A DNA stretch of 64,000 nt from positions 1 to 64,000 of the forward strand of contig JBHHTW010000002.1 of NCBI GenBank assembly GCA_046861385.1, given 5' to 3'. Every line of letters begins with the position of its first letter. The first letter of the stretch is position 1. Below the pieces are notes generated by a model. It saw nothing but the letters and a program-made list of their open reading frames with translations, was not told where the DNA came from and made no database searches. The position numbers and the translations under genes are program-made. This DNA is from Fidelibacterota bacterium. Its GTDB lineage: Bacteria; Fidelibacterota; Marinisomatia; Marinisomatales; TCS55. Positions 47,329 through 58,172 of the stretch are shown here, piece by piece.

Positions 47329-49376
47329 CAGGGAATATGTTTATTAATTATTCATTGCTGATCTTGTTTTTGCCTGTGGTGGCATTTACCATTCAGATTT
47401 TTATCGGTAAACGTTTACCGAGGCAGGGAGATTGGATTTCTGTCGGTGCTGTAATCATTACCCTCATTCTGTCGATTGCAATGTTTGCATCCATGCTGTT
47501 TGGACACGACCCGAATTTTTCACAACAAGCTTCTTTTACTTGGCTGAATATGGGTGCATTTAAAATCGAGCTTGGTTTCCTGGTTGATAATATCACTATC
47601 ACCATGCTTCTTGTTGTGGCTCTTATTTCAACCATGACCCACATTTTCTCATTGAAATACATGGAAGGTGATATTCGTTATTCTAGGTATTATGCTTATC
47701 TTGGGCTTTTTACATTCAGCATGAATGGCATCGTCTTGGCAAACAACCTCATTTCCATGTATATGTTCTGGGAATTGGTTGGAGTCAGTTCTTATCTATT
47801 AATTGGTCATTGGTTTGAGAAGGATACGGCTGCCGATGCTGCCAAGAAAGCATTTTTAACCAATCGTGTCGGTGACATTGGCTTTTTTATTGGCATTATG
47901 CTGATTTTTTCATCATTGGGCACATTTGTCTTTTCAGAAATATTTGACGGTATTGCAGCCGGTAAATTGGGTGGAACAGTATTAACCTTTGCCGGTGTTG
48001 GCTTGTTTATGGGAGCCATGGGAAAATCGTCACAATTTCCACTGCATATTTGGCTGCCGGATGCCATGGAAGGCCCCACACCAGTTTCCGCCCTAATGCA
48101 CGCTGCAACAATGGTAGCCGCCGGTGTGTATTTAGTGGTACGTTTATTCCCTTTATTTACTCCGGACGCTTTACTGGTTATTGCTTATGTGGGTGGATTT
48201 ACGGCGCTGTTCGCTGCAACCATTGCCATTACCCAAAACGATATTAAAAAGGTATTAGCTTATTCCACGGTGAGTCAGTTGGGATACATGATATTGTCTG
48301 TGGGAACAGGAGCTTATATAGCCGGTTTTTTCCATTTGGTAACCCATGCCATGTTCAAAGCGTGTTTGTTTTATGGTTCCGGTTCGGTGATTCATTCCAT
48401 GCATCATGCTTTGCATAAGAAACACGATCATAAAACCGATCCCCAGGATATGCGAAATATGGGTGGTTTTAAAGAGAAAATGCCCATCACCTATTGGGCT
48501 ATGCTGATCTGTACGTTGGCAATTTCCGGTGTGCCATTATTTTCGGGATTCTTATCGAAAGACGCCATTTTAGCTGGGACACTCTCATTTGCCAGCCACA
48601 ATCCTGGTCATTTCTTGTTACCGGTTTTTGGTTTTGGCGCCGCTGCCATTACCGCTTTTTATATGTTTCGCTTAATGATTATGACGTTCCATGGTAAACC
48701 GCAAATACCGGAGATTTATGAAGACATTCACGAATCGCCGAAGGAAATGACTTTTCCACTTATTCTACTGAGTGCATTAAGCTTTTTTATTTTCTACACG
48801 TTGCCGTATTTCAACCCATTTTCAGATCATGGTTGGTTTAAAGAAATGATCGTAGCCGGTGATTCGGTTATTCCCGGAAGTGAAACAGCCCATCACATTG
48901 CCGAAGGGATTCATCATGCACATTATACGGCAATGGGATTATCGTTAATTGTTGCAGCACTGGGAATTTTTCTTTCCTGGACAATGTACTTTAAGAAAAG
49001 AATATCCGCTGATAGTTGGGCGGAAAAATTGAAACCCATGTACAATCTGTCCTTCAACAAATACTTTTTTGACGAAAACTATAACAAATATTTATATCAA
49101 CCATTATTAAAACTATCCAGTCTGGTGGCTTACATCGATTGGGACTTGTATGATAAGTATTTCATTAATGGATTCGGTCGTGTAACAAAAATATTTTCAT
49201 TTTTTACCGGCCGTATGGATTATGATGGGCTTGACCAAACAATAGTCGATGGTATAGGCCGTAATGCTCGCCGTGCAGGTGGAGCGCTAAAATATTTACA
49301 AACAGGACGACTGCAAAATTATCTTTTATTCGCCCTGTTGGGAGTTATAATCATGGTATTGGTTCAGTCTTTTTAG
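47325..49376 (+). CDS. nuoL: NADH-quinone oxidoreductase subunit L
   Basis: WELVG.SSYLLIG, KSSQFPLH.WLPDAMEGPTPVSAL.HAATMV, FHL.THA.FKA, QTG..QNY. Confidence 0.97.
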   Translation: MTGNMFINYSLLILFLPVVAFTIQIFIGKRLPRQGDWISVGAVIITLILSIAMFASMLFGHDPNFSQQASFTWLNMGAFKIELGFLVDNITITMLLVVALISTMTHIFSLKYMEGDIRYSRYYAYLGLFTFSMNGIVLANNLISMYMFWELVGVSSYLLIGHWFEKDTAADAAKKAFLTNRVGDIGFFIGIMLIFSSLGTFVFSEIFDGIAAGKLGGTVLTFAGVGLFMGAMGKSSQFPLHIWLPDAMEGPTPVSALMHAATMVAAGVYLVVRLFPLFTPDALLVIAYVGGFTALFAATIAITQNDIKKVLAYSTVSQLGYMILSVGTGAYIAGFFHLVTHAMFKACLFYGSGSVIHSMHHALHKKHDHKTDPQDMRNMGGFKEKMPITYWAMLICTLAISGVPLFSGFLSKDAILAGTLSFASHNPGHFLLPVFGFGAAAITAFYMFRLMIMTFHGKPQIPEIYEDIHESPKEMTFPLILLSALSFFIFYTLPYFNPFSDHGWFKEMIVAGDSVIPGSETAHHIAEGIHHAHYTAMGLSLIVAALGIFLSWTMYFKKRISADSWAEKLKPMYNLSFNKYFFDENYNKYLYQPLLKLSSLVAYIDWDLYDKYFINGFGRVTKIFSFFTGRMDYDGLDQTIVDGIGRNARRAGGALKYLQTGRLQNYLLFALLGVIIMVLVQSF

Positions 49377-49401
49377 GATTTGAAAGGTTAAAGGAAGAGG
49401 A

Positions 49402-50952
49402 ATGGAAACACACATTCTAAGTTGGATTATTTGGATTCCCCTTTTAGGTATGGCGGCGATCGCGTTCGTGCCAAGGGGAAAAACACAATTTATCAAAATG
49501 ATCACTGCTGTTGTAACGGGCGTCCAATTTTTAGCGACCCTTGGACTATGGTCTCGATTTGATCTGTCCAATGGCGGGTTCCAATTTATGGAAAGAGCTA
49601 CTTGGATTCCTTCGTTCAACATTGCCTATATATTAGGTGTTGATGGTTTGAGTTTACCCATGGTAATATTGACTGGATTGTTATTTTTTCTATCAACATT
49701 TGTCAGTTGGAATATCAACCGTGCAGTCAAGGGATATTTTGCCCTGTTCTTATTGTTGGATATTGGCATCATGGGTGTGTTTCTCTCACTCGATTTTTTC
49801 CTATTCTATGTATTTTGGGAAGTGATGCTTTTACCCATGTTTTTCCTGATTGGCATGTGGGGCGGTCCCCAACGAGAGTATGCCGCCATCAAATTCTTTC
49901 TCTATACATTAGTTGGATCCGTGTTGATGCTCATCGCTGTCCTCGCACTCTATTTTACTTGTGGTCGAACATTTGATATGCTGCTGCTCATGGAAAGAGC
50001 TCCAACGGCTTTAAATGGAGTTATGTGGTGGGGAATGGGCGCTATCAAAGTTATTTGGGTATTGCTCTTTATTGGTTTTGCCATCAAAGTACCAGTTTTT
50101 CCGTTCCACACCTGGCTTCCGTTGGCACACGTTGAAGCACCCACAGCCATTTCTGTTATCCTGGCCGGAATCCTTTTGAAGCTTGGTGTTTACGGTATGC
50201 TTCGTATTAACTATACCATGTTACCGGGAGCGGTCTGGTGGTTTGCCGGAGCGTTGGCAGTACTGGGATTAATAAATGTTATATGGGGGGCTATGTGCGC
50301 GCTGGCACAAAAAGATCTAAAAAAGCTGGTGGCCTATTCCAGTGTGAACCATATGGGGTATCTTTTGATTGGAATGTCCGCCGTTATTGCTGCCGGAGCC
50401 GCCAATGGCAATAATGTATTAGCTGCGCAAGCCGGTTTGGGCGGAGCAGTGTTTCAGATGTTTAATCATGGAACGATATCAGCCATGCTGTTTATTTTGG
50501 TCGGAGTTATTTACGAACGGGCACATCATCGTGACATTGAAGGATTTGGCGGGTTGGCAACCCAAATGCCGATTTATTCCGGTATAGTTGCCTTAGCATT
50601 CTTTGCTGGACTTGGTTTGCCGGGCTTTTCCGGATTTGTGAGTGAAGCCATGTGTTTTATCGGTGCATTCCCTGTTTTTAAAGCAATTGTTATTGCTTCA
50701 ACCATTGGTATTTTATTAAATGCCGCCTATTTCCTATGGGCATTTCAACGGATGTTCATGGGGACCTTGAATGAAAAATATAAAGATCTGCCAGAAATAA
50801 ACCGGATGGAACTTTTCACGGTGGTTCCTCTGGCAGTAATAACATTATTCTTGGGTATTTATCCCAAACCCTTTTTGGATCTGATCAGCAGTACGATGAA
50901 TGTGATTATTGATACCGTGGCCAATGTAAGCAGTTTTGCAGGAATTTTTTAA
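49402..50952 (+). CDS. nuoM: NADH-quinone oxidoreductase subunit M
   Basis: G.DGLS, FWE.ML.PM, K.P.FPFHTWLP.AHVEAPT, LLK.G.YG, AYSS..HMG. Confidence 0.97.
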   Translation: METHILSWIIWIPLLGMAAIAFVPRGKTQFIKMITAVVTGVQFLATLGLWSRFDLSNGGFQFMERATWIPSFNIAYILGVDGLSLPMVILTGLLFFLSTFVSWNINRAVKGYFALFLLLDIGIMGVFLSLDFFLFYVFWEVMLLPMFFLIGMWGGPQREYAAIKFFLYTLVGSVLMLIAVLALYFTCGRTFDMLLLMERAPTALNGVMWWGMGAIKVIWVLLFIGFAIKVPVFPFHTWLPLAHVEAPTAISVILAGILLKLGVYGMLRINYTMLPGAVWWFAGALAVLGLINVIWGAMCALAQKDLKKLVAYSSVNHMGYLLIGMSAVIAAGAANGNNVLAAQAGLGGAVFQMFNHGTISAMLFILVGVIYERAHHRDIEGFGGLATQMPIYSGIVALAFFAGLGLPGFSGFVSEAMCFIGAFPVFKAIVIASTIGILLNAAYFLWAFQRMFMGTLNEKYKDLPEINRMELFTVVPLAVITLFLGIYPKPFLDLISSTMNVIIDTVANVSSFAGIF

Positions 50953-50958
50953 ACGAAC

Positions 50959-52452
50959 ATGAATAACCTTCAAAGCTTAGGCTATTACTGGCCGGAAATC
51001 ATTCTGACTATTACAATATTGGTAGCCATTCTGGCTGATTTATTTTATTCTGACAAAGATTCCGGAAAAACAGCCTTCTGGGTTTTGGGTGGATTGATCC
51101 TGACTCAAATTGCCATATATGTTCAGGATAATGAAATTGTCAGTACACTTTTTATGGGCAATCTGGCATTTGATCCTTTTGCTTCATTTTTCAAGACACT
51201 AACTATTTTGTCAACGGTCTTAGTCATTTTTATTTCTCAAAAAACGAACGAGCTTGACGGTCATCGCACAGGCGAATATTATTCACTTATGGCCATTATG
51301 GTTTTTGGCATGTTTCTAATGGCTTCGGCTATTGATCTGATTATGATCTATTTAGCTATTGAAATAGTGTCCATCGTTTCATTCATTTTGGCGGGCTATT
51401 TAAAAGGGGATCTTCGTTCCAATGAGGCTGCGTTGAAATATGTTCTTTACGGTGCTTTTTCATCAGGTATCATGTTGTTTGGAATGAGTATCGTCTTCGG
51501 GCTGGCAGGTTCGACTAAATTTTTTGCCATCCAGGAAGCCATGTGGCAATTGGAAGGAACTGCAAACTTTGCCTTTACGCTTGCTTCCATTTTTATTCTG
51601 GCCGGTTTTGGATATAAAATTTCTGCCGTTCCGTTTCATTTTTGGACGCCGGATGTGTATGAGGGAGCGCCAACATCTATTACTGCTTATTTATCTGTCG
51701 CACCCAAAGCGGTTGGCTTTGCGGTAATTATACGATTTTTCAATACTGTTTTTGGAGATAGTGGAGCATTTATTGACCCATTTCTTTCTACATTTACGAA
51801 TATTCCATGGCCGCAAATACTGGCAGTTCTTTCCGTGATCACCATGACGTTAGGAAACCTTGTGGCTTTGCAACAAAAAAGTATCAAGCGCATGCTGGCC
51901 TATTCCAGTATTGCACATGCCGGATATATGCTCATGGCTTTACCAACATTATCTTTCCAAGGTACCTATGCTATCATGCTTTATTTAGTCATGTATTTAT
52001 TCATGAATCTTGGGGCATTTTTTGTGGTCATTTTTGTGAAATCCCAGGGAGGAGGTGAATCTTTAGACGATTTTCGCGGGATAGGCTGGAAAATGCCCAT
52101 AGTCGGAATAGTCATGACTGTATTCATGCTGTCACTTACAGGTATTCCGCCTACAGCCGGCTTTATCGGTAAGTTTTATCTCTTTGCATCCGTGATAAAA
52201 GCGGGTCCGCAAATGTATTGGTTAGCCATTGTGGGGGCGATCAATAGTGTCATATCCCTGTATTATTATTTCAGAGTTGTCAAGGTGATGTTTTTTGAAG
52301 GGGAGCCTGCTGAAACGATTCAAGTACCATCGTTTTCTGTTCTGGCTATTTTACTCATTTTGGCAATCCCGACTATCCTATTTGGAGTTTATTGGACACC
52401 CATCGCTGAATGGGTCTCCCGTTCATTAGAATTATTTATCAAGGTAGTTTAA
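50959..52452 (+). CDS. nuoN: NADH-quinone oxidoreductase subunit N
   Basis: EAALKY...G, K...VPFHFWTPDVYEGAPT, KRMLAYSSIAH.GY, G.PPT.GF.GK. Confidence 0.97.
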   Translation: MNNLQSLGYYWPEIILTITILVAILADLFYSDKDSGKTAFWVLGGLILTQIAIYVQDNEIVSTLFMGNLAFDPFASFFKTLTILSTVLVIFISQKTNELDGHRTGEYYSLMAIMVFGMFLMASAIDLIMIYLAIEIVSIVSFILAGYLKGDLRSNEAALKYVLYGAFSSGIMLFGMSIVFGLAGSTKFFAIQEAMWQLEGTANFAFTLASIFILAGFGYKISAVPFHFWTPDVYEGAPTSITAYLSVAPKAVGFAVIIRFFNTVFGDSGAFIDPFLSTFTNIPWPQILAVLSVITMTLGNLVALQQKSIKRMLAYSSIAHAGYMLMALPTLSFQGTYAIMLYLVMYLFMNLGAFFVVIFVKSQGGGESLDDFRGIGWKMPIVGIVMTVFMLSLTGIPPTAGFIGKFYLFASVIKAGPQMYWLAIVGAINSVISLYYYFRVVKVMFFEGEPAETIQVPSFSVLAILLILAIPTILFGVYWTPIAEWVSRSLELFIKVV

Positions 52453-52472
52453 CAGTAAATTCTCACCGTAAT

Positions 52473-53828
52473 ATGGTGTTAAACATAAAAATTCAAAAAG
52501 GTCATAATATCCAGATTTCCGGTGTTCCCAAAAGGGACTTGGAAATTTCTGGAAAACCACAGACAATCGCGATTCATCCAACTGAATTTCTTTACATAAA
52601 ACCTAAATTATTAGTAAAAGAGGGAGTACAGGTAAAGATTGGTACACCTCTCTTTTTTGATAAAAAAAATCCTGACATCAAATGGGCATCTCCCGGATCA
52701 GGAAAAGTTACTGCAATTCACTACGGCCCTCGCCGCATCATTGAAAAAATACTAATCGAACTTGACCCGAATGAAGAATCGGTGGAGTTTCCGGTTCTGG
52801 ATACGACACAAATTCTCGAATCCTCTAAGGAAAAGATTACTGAACAAATCCTGAATGCCGGCTTATGGCCCATGATTCGCCAACGCCCCTTTAATAAAAT
52901 AGCCAATCCAGTTGAAACACCTTATTCAATCTTTGTTTCATGTATTAATTCCGCTCCTTTAGCGGTAGACCTTGATATTGCACTGAACAATAGCCAATCG
53001 TCTTTCCATGCCGGAATTGCAGCATTGTCTCGATTAACGAATGGTGCTGTTCATCTTGTTGTGGGTGAAAATTCGACTTCAGAAACCTTTTTGGATGTAC
53101 CGTATTCAAAAACTCATTCCATTTCCGGGCCCCATCCAGCTGGTAATGTAGGGATTCAAATTCATCACATTGATCCCCTTAAACCCGGCAAAATCATTTG
53201 GACAATGAACGCACAACATGTTATTACATTGGGGAGATTGTTTAAAAAAGGTAAATTTGACCCCACTATTGTTATGACGATTGGTGGTCCGGCTGTGAAT
53301 AAACCCACCCATTTGAAAACTCGAATGGGTACATCAATCAAACCATTGACCGATGATCGATTAAATAATGGTCCAAAGCGGTTTATTTCTGGCGACGTGT
53401 TAACCGGAAAAACCATTGAAAAAGAAGGGCATATTTATTTTTATCATTCTAGTGTATCCGTTCTTCCTGAATCGGACGATCGTGAGTTTTTGGGAATGTT
53501 GCGGCTTGGATCAGGTAAAAGCCGATATAGCTTAACCAAAGCATTTGGTTCATTTGGACGGTCACTATATCCGTTCAATACAAATAAAAATGGTGAAGAA
53601 CGCGCCATGGTACCCATCAATTCCTGGGAAAATGTATTACCAATGGATATTTTTCCGAACCCATTGTTTCGTGCTATCCTGGCCAATGACATTGAAGAGA
53701 TGGAGCAGTTAGGGCTTCTGGAATGCGACGAAGAAGATTTTGCACTGTGTTCTTTTGCTGATGCCGGTAAGATTGACGTTGGAGCTGTGATTCGCCAAGG
53801 ATTGGATGTGTTAGAGGCTGAAGGATAA
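52473..53828 (+). CDS. nqrA: Na+-translocating NADH-quinone reductase subunit A
   Basis: IKI.KG, KPKL.V.EG..V..G.PLF.DK, SP.SG, QRPF, GPHPAG.VG..IH, ISG.VLTG, DEED.ALC. Confidence 0.95.
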   Translation: MVLNIKIQKGHNIQISGVPKRDLEISGKPQTIAIHPTEFLYIKPKLLVKEGVQVKIGTPLFFDKKNPDIKWASPGSGKVTAIHYGPRRIIEKILIELDPNEESVEFPVLDTTQILESSKEKITEQILNAGLWPMIRQRPFNKIANPVETPYSIFVSCINSAPLAVDLDIALNNSQSSFHAGIAALSRLTNGAVHLVVGENSTSETFLDVPYSKTHSISGPHPAGNVGIQIHHIDPLKPGKIIWTMNAQHVITLGRLFKKGKFDPTIVMTIGGPAVNKPTHLKTRMGTSIKPLTDDRLNNGPKRFISGDVLTGKTIEKEGHIYFYHSSVSVLPESDDREFLGMLRLGSGKSRYSLTKAFGSFGRSLYPFNTNKNGEERAMVPINSWENVLPMDIFPNPLFRAILANDIEEMEQLGLLECDEEDFALCSFADAGKIDVGAVIRQGLDVLEAEG

Positions 53829-53830
53829 AA

Positions 53831-54997
53831 ATGAAAATTATTCGAACAATTCTGGATAAGGTTGAGCCGATATTTGACAAAGGCAGTTTCCTGGAAAAAT
53901 ATCATCCTGTATACGATGCTACGGATACTATTCTTTTTTCAACCAATGAAAAGACAGAATCCGGACCACATATCCGTGACAGCATCGATAATAAACGTGT
54001 GATGATTCTTGTGGTGATTGCCCTCATTCCTATTTATATATTTGGAGCCATAAATATTGGCTATCAAGCAGCAGGCGCAGAACGCGCTGTTATGGAAAAT
54101 TTTTGGATAGGAATGGGTTCGATTTTTCCAATTTTGTTGACTGTATTTATCGCCGGAGGATTTTGGGAGATATTATTCGCCATCGTTCGTAAACATCCTA
54201 TTAATGAAGGGTTTTTAGTCACATGGGTATTGATTCCATTAATCATGCCACCCAGTATTCCACTATGGCAAGTTGCCCTTGCGACGTCTTTTGGTATTGT
54301 CATAGGTAAAGAAATTTTTGGCGGTGTTGGCATGAATATATTCAATCCGGCATTGGTGGCTAGAGCGTTTATCTTTTTTGCATACCCGGGTCAAATATCC
54401 GGAGAAAAAGTTTGGATTAACGTCGATGGAATCTCCGGAGCAACCGCATTATCTATTCCTGCTTCGATTGAAAATGGAAATGCTGTTGAATTGTTATCAA
54501 ACATTACACAATTTGATTATTCTTGGTCTAATATATTCTGGGGATACATTCCCGGCTCAATAGGCGAAACAAATAAACTATTAATAATTTTAGGTGCATT
54601 GTTTTTGATCTACACAGGAATTGTGAATTGGCGAGTTATCGTTGGGGCGCTGATTGGGTTGTTTGGGACAGCAACATTAACCAATATGATGGCTTCTTAT
54701 TCTTCCAACACAATGCTCACGTTACCCCCCCATTATCATTTGGTCATGGGCGGATTTCTATTTGGAATTGCCTTTATGGCCACCGAACCTGTTACCGGAG
54801 CCCATACAGATAAAGGAAGATGGATTTACGGTATTATGATTGGCTTCCTCACTGTCATTATCCGAACCATGAATCCGGCCTATCCTGAAGGAACCATGCT
54901 GGCAATATTACTCATGAATGCTTTTGCTCCATTGATTGATTACTATGTTGTCCGTGGAAATATTAAACGACGGTTAAAGAGATATGCAGCAGAGTAA
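53831..54997 (+). CDS. nqrB: Na+-NQR subunit B
   Basis: H.RD..D.KR.M, EGFLVT, KE.FGG.G.N..NPAL, FMN site SGAT, GS.GET, YPEG.MLAIL. Confidence 0.96.
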   Translation: MKIIRTILDKVEPIFDKGSFLEKYHPVYDATDTILFSTNEKTESGPHIRDSIDNKRVMILVVIALIPIYIFGAINIGYQAAGAERAVMENFWIGMGSIFPILLTVFIAGGFWEILFAIVRKHPINEGFLVTWVLIPLIMPPSIPLWQVALATSFGIVIGKEIFGGVGMNIFNPALVARAFIFFAYPGQISGEKVWINVDGISGATALSIPASIENGNAVELLSNITQFDYSWSNIFWGYIPGSIGETNKLLIILGALFLIYTGIVNWRVIVGALIGLFGTATLTNMMASYSSNTMLTLPPHYHLVMGGFLFGIAFMATEPVTGAHTDKGRWIYGIMIGFLTVIIRTMNPAYPEGTMLAILLMNAFAPLIDYYVVRGNIKRRLKRYAAE

Positions 54998-55694
54998 TAC
55001 ATATACATTAGTATTTACAGCTATCGTAACCGTTATTTTGGGAATTATGCTATCAATAGCCGCAACATCTTTGAAGGAAAGGCAAGATTTAAATGTTGCC
55101 TTGGATATTAAGAAAAATATTTTACGTGCCTTAGGATTTACCGAAACAGAGGATGAACCTTGGACTCAACAAACTATACAGGAGATTTTTGAGAAAAATG
55201 TTGAAGGTTTTGTTGTAAATAGTAAAGGGAATAGACTTAAAGAAGTCAGCGTCGAAAATATTGTCGAGAGTGATCAATACCCCGTGTATTGTAAGCATAT
55301 CCCCGGGTACGGTATTGACGGGTATGCAATTCCTATATCCGGAAAAGGGTTATGGTCTACTTTATTCGGGTATATCGCCCTTGAACCAGATGGTATAACT
55401 GTAAAAGGAATTACGTTCTACAAACACGGCGAAACACCCGGTCTTGGCGGTGAAGTAGAAAAAGAATGGTTTACGGATAACTTTATGGGAAAAAAAATCA
55501 TTGACAACGAAGGCACATTAGTCAGTATTCAAATCGTAAAAGGAAATGTGGATAAAACTTCGAAGGAATCCTTTCATCAGGTTGATGGAATATCCGGTGC
55601 CACAATGACAGGTAAGGGCGTGACAGCTTTTTTAAAGACAGACCTGAGGAAATACGAACCGTTCTTTCAACAAATTCGCAAAAAACATAACTGA
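54984..55694 (+). CDS. nqrC: Na+-NQR subunit C
   Basis: N-terminal [25 protein letters not shown] site. Confidence 0.96.
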   Translation: MQQSNTYTLVFTAIVTVILGIMLSIAATSLKERQDLNVALDIKKNILRALGFTETEDEPWTQQTIQEIFEKNVEGFVVNSKGNRLKEVSVENIVESDQYPVYCKHIPGYGIDGYAIPISGKGLWSTLFGYIALEPDGITVKGITFYKHGETPGLGGEVEKEWFTDNFMGKKIIDNEGTLVSIQIVKGNVDKTSKESFHQVDGISGATMTGKGVTAFLKTDLRKYEPFFQQIRKKHN

Positions 55695-55696
55695 TC

Positions 55697-56323
55697 ATGG
55701 CTCTTTTAAGTAATAAATCCAAAGCAGTCCTGACAGATCCATTAATGAATAATAATCCCATTACGATTCAGATATTGGGAATTTGTTCCGCTTTAGCAGT
55801 AACAGTAAAAGTAGACACAGCCGTTGTTATGTCTATTGCTTTGGTTTTTGTGGTCAGTATGTCTAATGCAATTATCTCTATGTTGAGAAATTTAATTCCA
55901 GCTCGAGTTCGAATTATCGTAATGCTCACAATCATTGCTTCATTAGTGATATTAACTGACCAGGTATTGAGAGCTTATATGTACGATATGAGCAAACAGC
56001 TTTCGGTTTTTGTCGGCTTAATTATTACCAATTGTATCGTGATGGGTCGTGCGGAAGCATTTGCCATGCAAAATAAACCATGGAGATCTTTTTTGGATGG
56101 CGTTGGGAATGGCCTGGGTTATGGACTCATTCTGGTCGTTGTTGCAGTCTTCAGAGAAATATTGGGAAGTGGATCACTCTACGGATTCCAAATTATTCCT
56201 ATGTCATTTTATGAATCTGGTTACTTAAATAATGGGCTGATGGTTTTGTCACCGGGGGCCTTTATTATTCTCGGATTGATTATTTGGGTTCAACGAACCA
56301 TGATGAATGTAGAGGAGGAGTAG
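55697..56323 (+). CDS. nqrD: Na+-NQR subunit D
   Basis: [35 protein letters not shown]. Confidence 0.97.
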   Translation: MALLSNKSKAVLTDPLMNNNPITIQILGICSALAVTVKVDTAVVMSIALVFVVSMSNAIISMLRNLIPARVRIIVMLTIIASLVILTDQVLRAYMYDMSKQLSVFVGLIITNCIVMGRAEAFAMQNKPWRSFLDGVGNGLGYGLILVVVAVFREILGSGSLYGFQIIPMSFYESGYLNNGLMVLSPGAFIILGLIIWVQRTMMNVEEE

Positions 56324-56324
56324 C

Positions 56325-56936
56325 ATGCTGGAACATTATATTAGTTTAGCTGTCAAAGCAGTTTTTATTGAAAATATTCTCCTGGCCTATTTCCTGGGCA
56401 TGTGTTCATTCCTTGCTATTTCAAAAAAGGTGGAAACATCTATCGGACTGGGTATGGCTGTCACATTCGTATTAACAATCACATCTCCGGTAAACTGGGC
56501 GATTCATCATTACTTCTTGCAGGATGGTGCTTTGGCTTGGGCAGGCTTACCGGAAGTAGATTTAAGTTATTTGAACTTTATTGTATTCATCGCTGTCATT
56601 GCTGCCATGGTCCAATTGGTGGAAATGATTCTGGATCGTTTTTCACCCACTTTGTATTATAATCTGGGAATTTTCTTACCTCTTATCGCCGTAAACTGCG
56701 CCATTCTGGGTGGTTCATTGTTCCTGGTTGAAAGAGAATATACATTTATGGAATCAACAGTTTTTGGATTTGGATCTGGATTAGGTTGGTTTCTGGCAAT
56801 CGCGTCCATGTCAGCCATCCGCCATCGTTTACGATACTCGAATGTGCCTCCAAAATTAAGGGGATTGGGAATTACCATGTTATTAACCGGTTTATTGTCT
56901 ATGGCATTCATGGCTTTTTCAGGGATAAATTTATAA
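56325..56936 (+). CDS. nqrE: Na+-NQR subunit E
   Basis: [40 protein letters not shown]. Confidence 0.97.
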   Translation: MLEHYISLAVKAVFIENILLAYFLGMCSFLAISKKVETSIGLGMAVTFVLTITSPVNWAIHHYFLQDGALAWAGLPEVDLSYLNFIVFIAVIAAMVQLVEMILDRFSPTLYYNLGIFLPLIAVNCAILGGSLFLVEREYTFMESTVFGFGSGLGWFLAIASMSAIRHRLRYSNVPPKLRGLGITMLLTGLLSMAFMAFSGINL

Positions 56937-58168
56937 TGATTTACACAGCTATTTCAGGTGTTGTTATATTTACGGCTGTGATTTTATTATTGGTAATCCT
57001 TCTAAATTATGCCCAATCAAAACTGCTTCCCCAAGGGGATATTATCATCCATATCAATGATGATAATGGAAATGATATTACAACAAAACCAGGGTCCACG
57101 TTGTTATCAACGCTATCAGCCGAAAGCATTTTTCTTCCTTCAGCTTGTGGAGGTGGTGGAACCTGCGCAATGTGCAAATGCCAGGTTTTAGAAGGTGGTG
57201 GAGAAATACTCCCGACTGAGACAGGACATATCAGTCGAAATGAAGCCAAGGATCAATGGCGATTGGCCTGTCAGCTCAAAGTAAAAAAAAGTATGAATAT
57301 TCGGATTCCTGAAGAGGTTTTCAATATTCGCAAATGGGAATGCACTGTCAAATCAAACAACAATGTTGCGACATTTATCAAAGAATTAGTCATGGAATTG
57401 CCTGAAGGTGAAATGTTGAATTTCAAAGCCGGTGGCTATATCCAGATTGATATACCAGAATATCACAACTTACTATTTAAACATTTTGATGTCGAAGATC
57501 AATACCATCCGGACTGGGACAAATATAATATCTGGGATTTAACAGCAAACAATGATGAGGAAATTTGCAGAGCATATTCAATGGCGAATCATCCGGCGGA
57601 AGGCAATAAAGTTATGCTCAACGTTCGCATCGCCACACCTCCTCCTCAACTGTGGAATGATGTGCCTCCGGGATTGGCATCTTCTTATATTTTTAATCTA
57701 AAACCAGGTGATAAAGTCACAATTTCCGGACCATACGGTGAATTTTTTATCAAAGATACTGATCGCGAAATGGTGTATATCGGTGGTGGGGCAGGAATGG
57801 CTCCAATGAGATCACATTTGTATCATCTTTTTAATACATTAAAGACAGATAGAAAAGTATCCTTTTGGTATGGAGCCAGAAGCCTGCGAGAAATGTTTTA
57901 TGATGATGAATTCAAAAAAATTGCAGACGCCTTTCCTAATTTTAATTATAATGTCGCCTTATCTGAACCATTACCTGAAGACAACTGGGAAGGATCTACT
58001 GGTTTTATTCACCAGGTTTTGCATGATAACTATTTGAAAGATCACGATGATCCAACTGAAATTGAATATTATATGTGTGGCCCACCGCCCATGATCGCTG
58101 CTGTAGATAATATGCTTTATGAACTTGGTGTTGAAAAAGATATGATTGCTTATGACAGTTTTGGATAA
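56936..58168 (+). CDS. nqrF: Na+-NQR subunit F (NADH-oxidising, 2Fe-2S/FAD)
   Basis: [46 protein letters not shown] overlaps the nqrE stop. Confidence 0.97.
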   Translation: MIYTAISGVVIFTAVILLLVILLNYAQSKLLPQGDIIIHINDDNGNDITTKPGSTLLSTLSAESIFLPSACGGGGTCAMCKCQVLEGGGEILPTETGHISRNEAKDQWRLACQLKVKKSMNIRIPEEVFNIRKWECTVKSNNNVATFIKELVMELPEGEMLNFKAGGYIQIDIPEYHNLLFKHFDVEDQYHPDWDKYNIWDLTANNDEEICRAYSMANHPAEGNKVMLNVRIATPPPQLWNDVPPGLASSYIFNLKPGDKVTISGPYGEFFIKDTDREMVYIGGGAGMAPMRSHLYHLFNTLKTDRKVSFWYGARSLREMFYDDEFKKIADAFPNFNYNVALSEPLPEDNWEGSTGFIHQVLHDNYLKDHDDPTEIEYYMCGPPPMIAAVDNMLYELGVEKDMIAYDSFG

Positions 58169-58172
58169 TCAA

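Noticed and set aside
47325-52452. Complex I variant with an extra antiporter subunit (2M type)
   Set aside because: Only one each of nuoL, nuoM and nuoN is present.
53720-53775. NqrA C-terminal LCSFADAGK in place of the more usual LC.FVCP.K
   Set aside because: NqrA has no established cofactor here, and the change looks like ordinary divergence.
56786-56935. Long N-terminal extensions in the ORF track for nqrF (also nqrA, nuoD, nuoB, pcrA)
   Set aside because: They come from choosing the most upstream start; downstream starts abut the previous stop and match normal N-termini.
52473-58168. Rnf complex rather than Nqr
   Set aside because: Gene order A-F, an NqrF with FAD/NAD domains, an NqrA without RnfC ferredoxin motifs, and nqrM/apbE all indicate Nqr.
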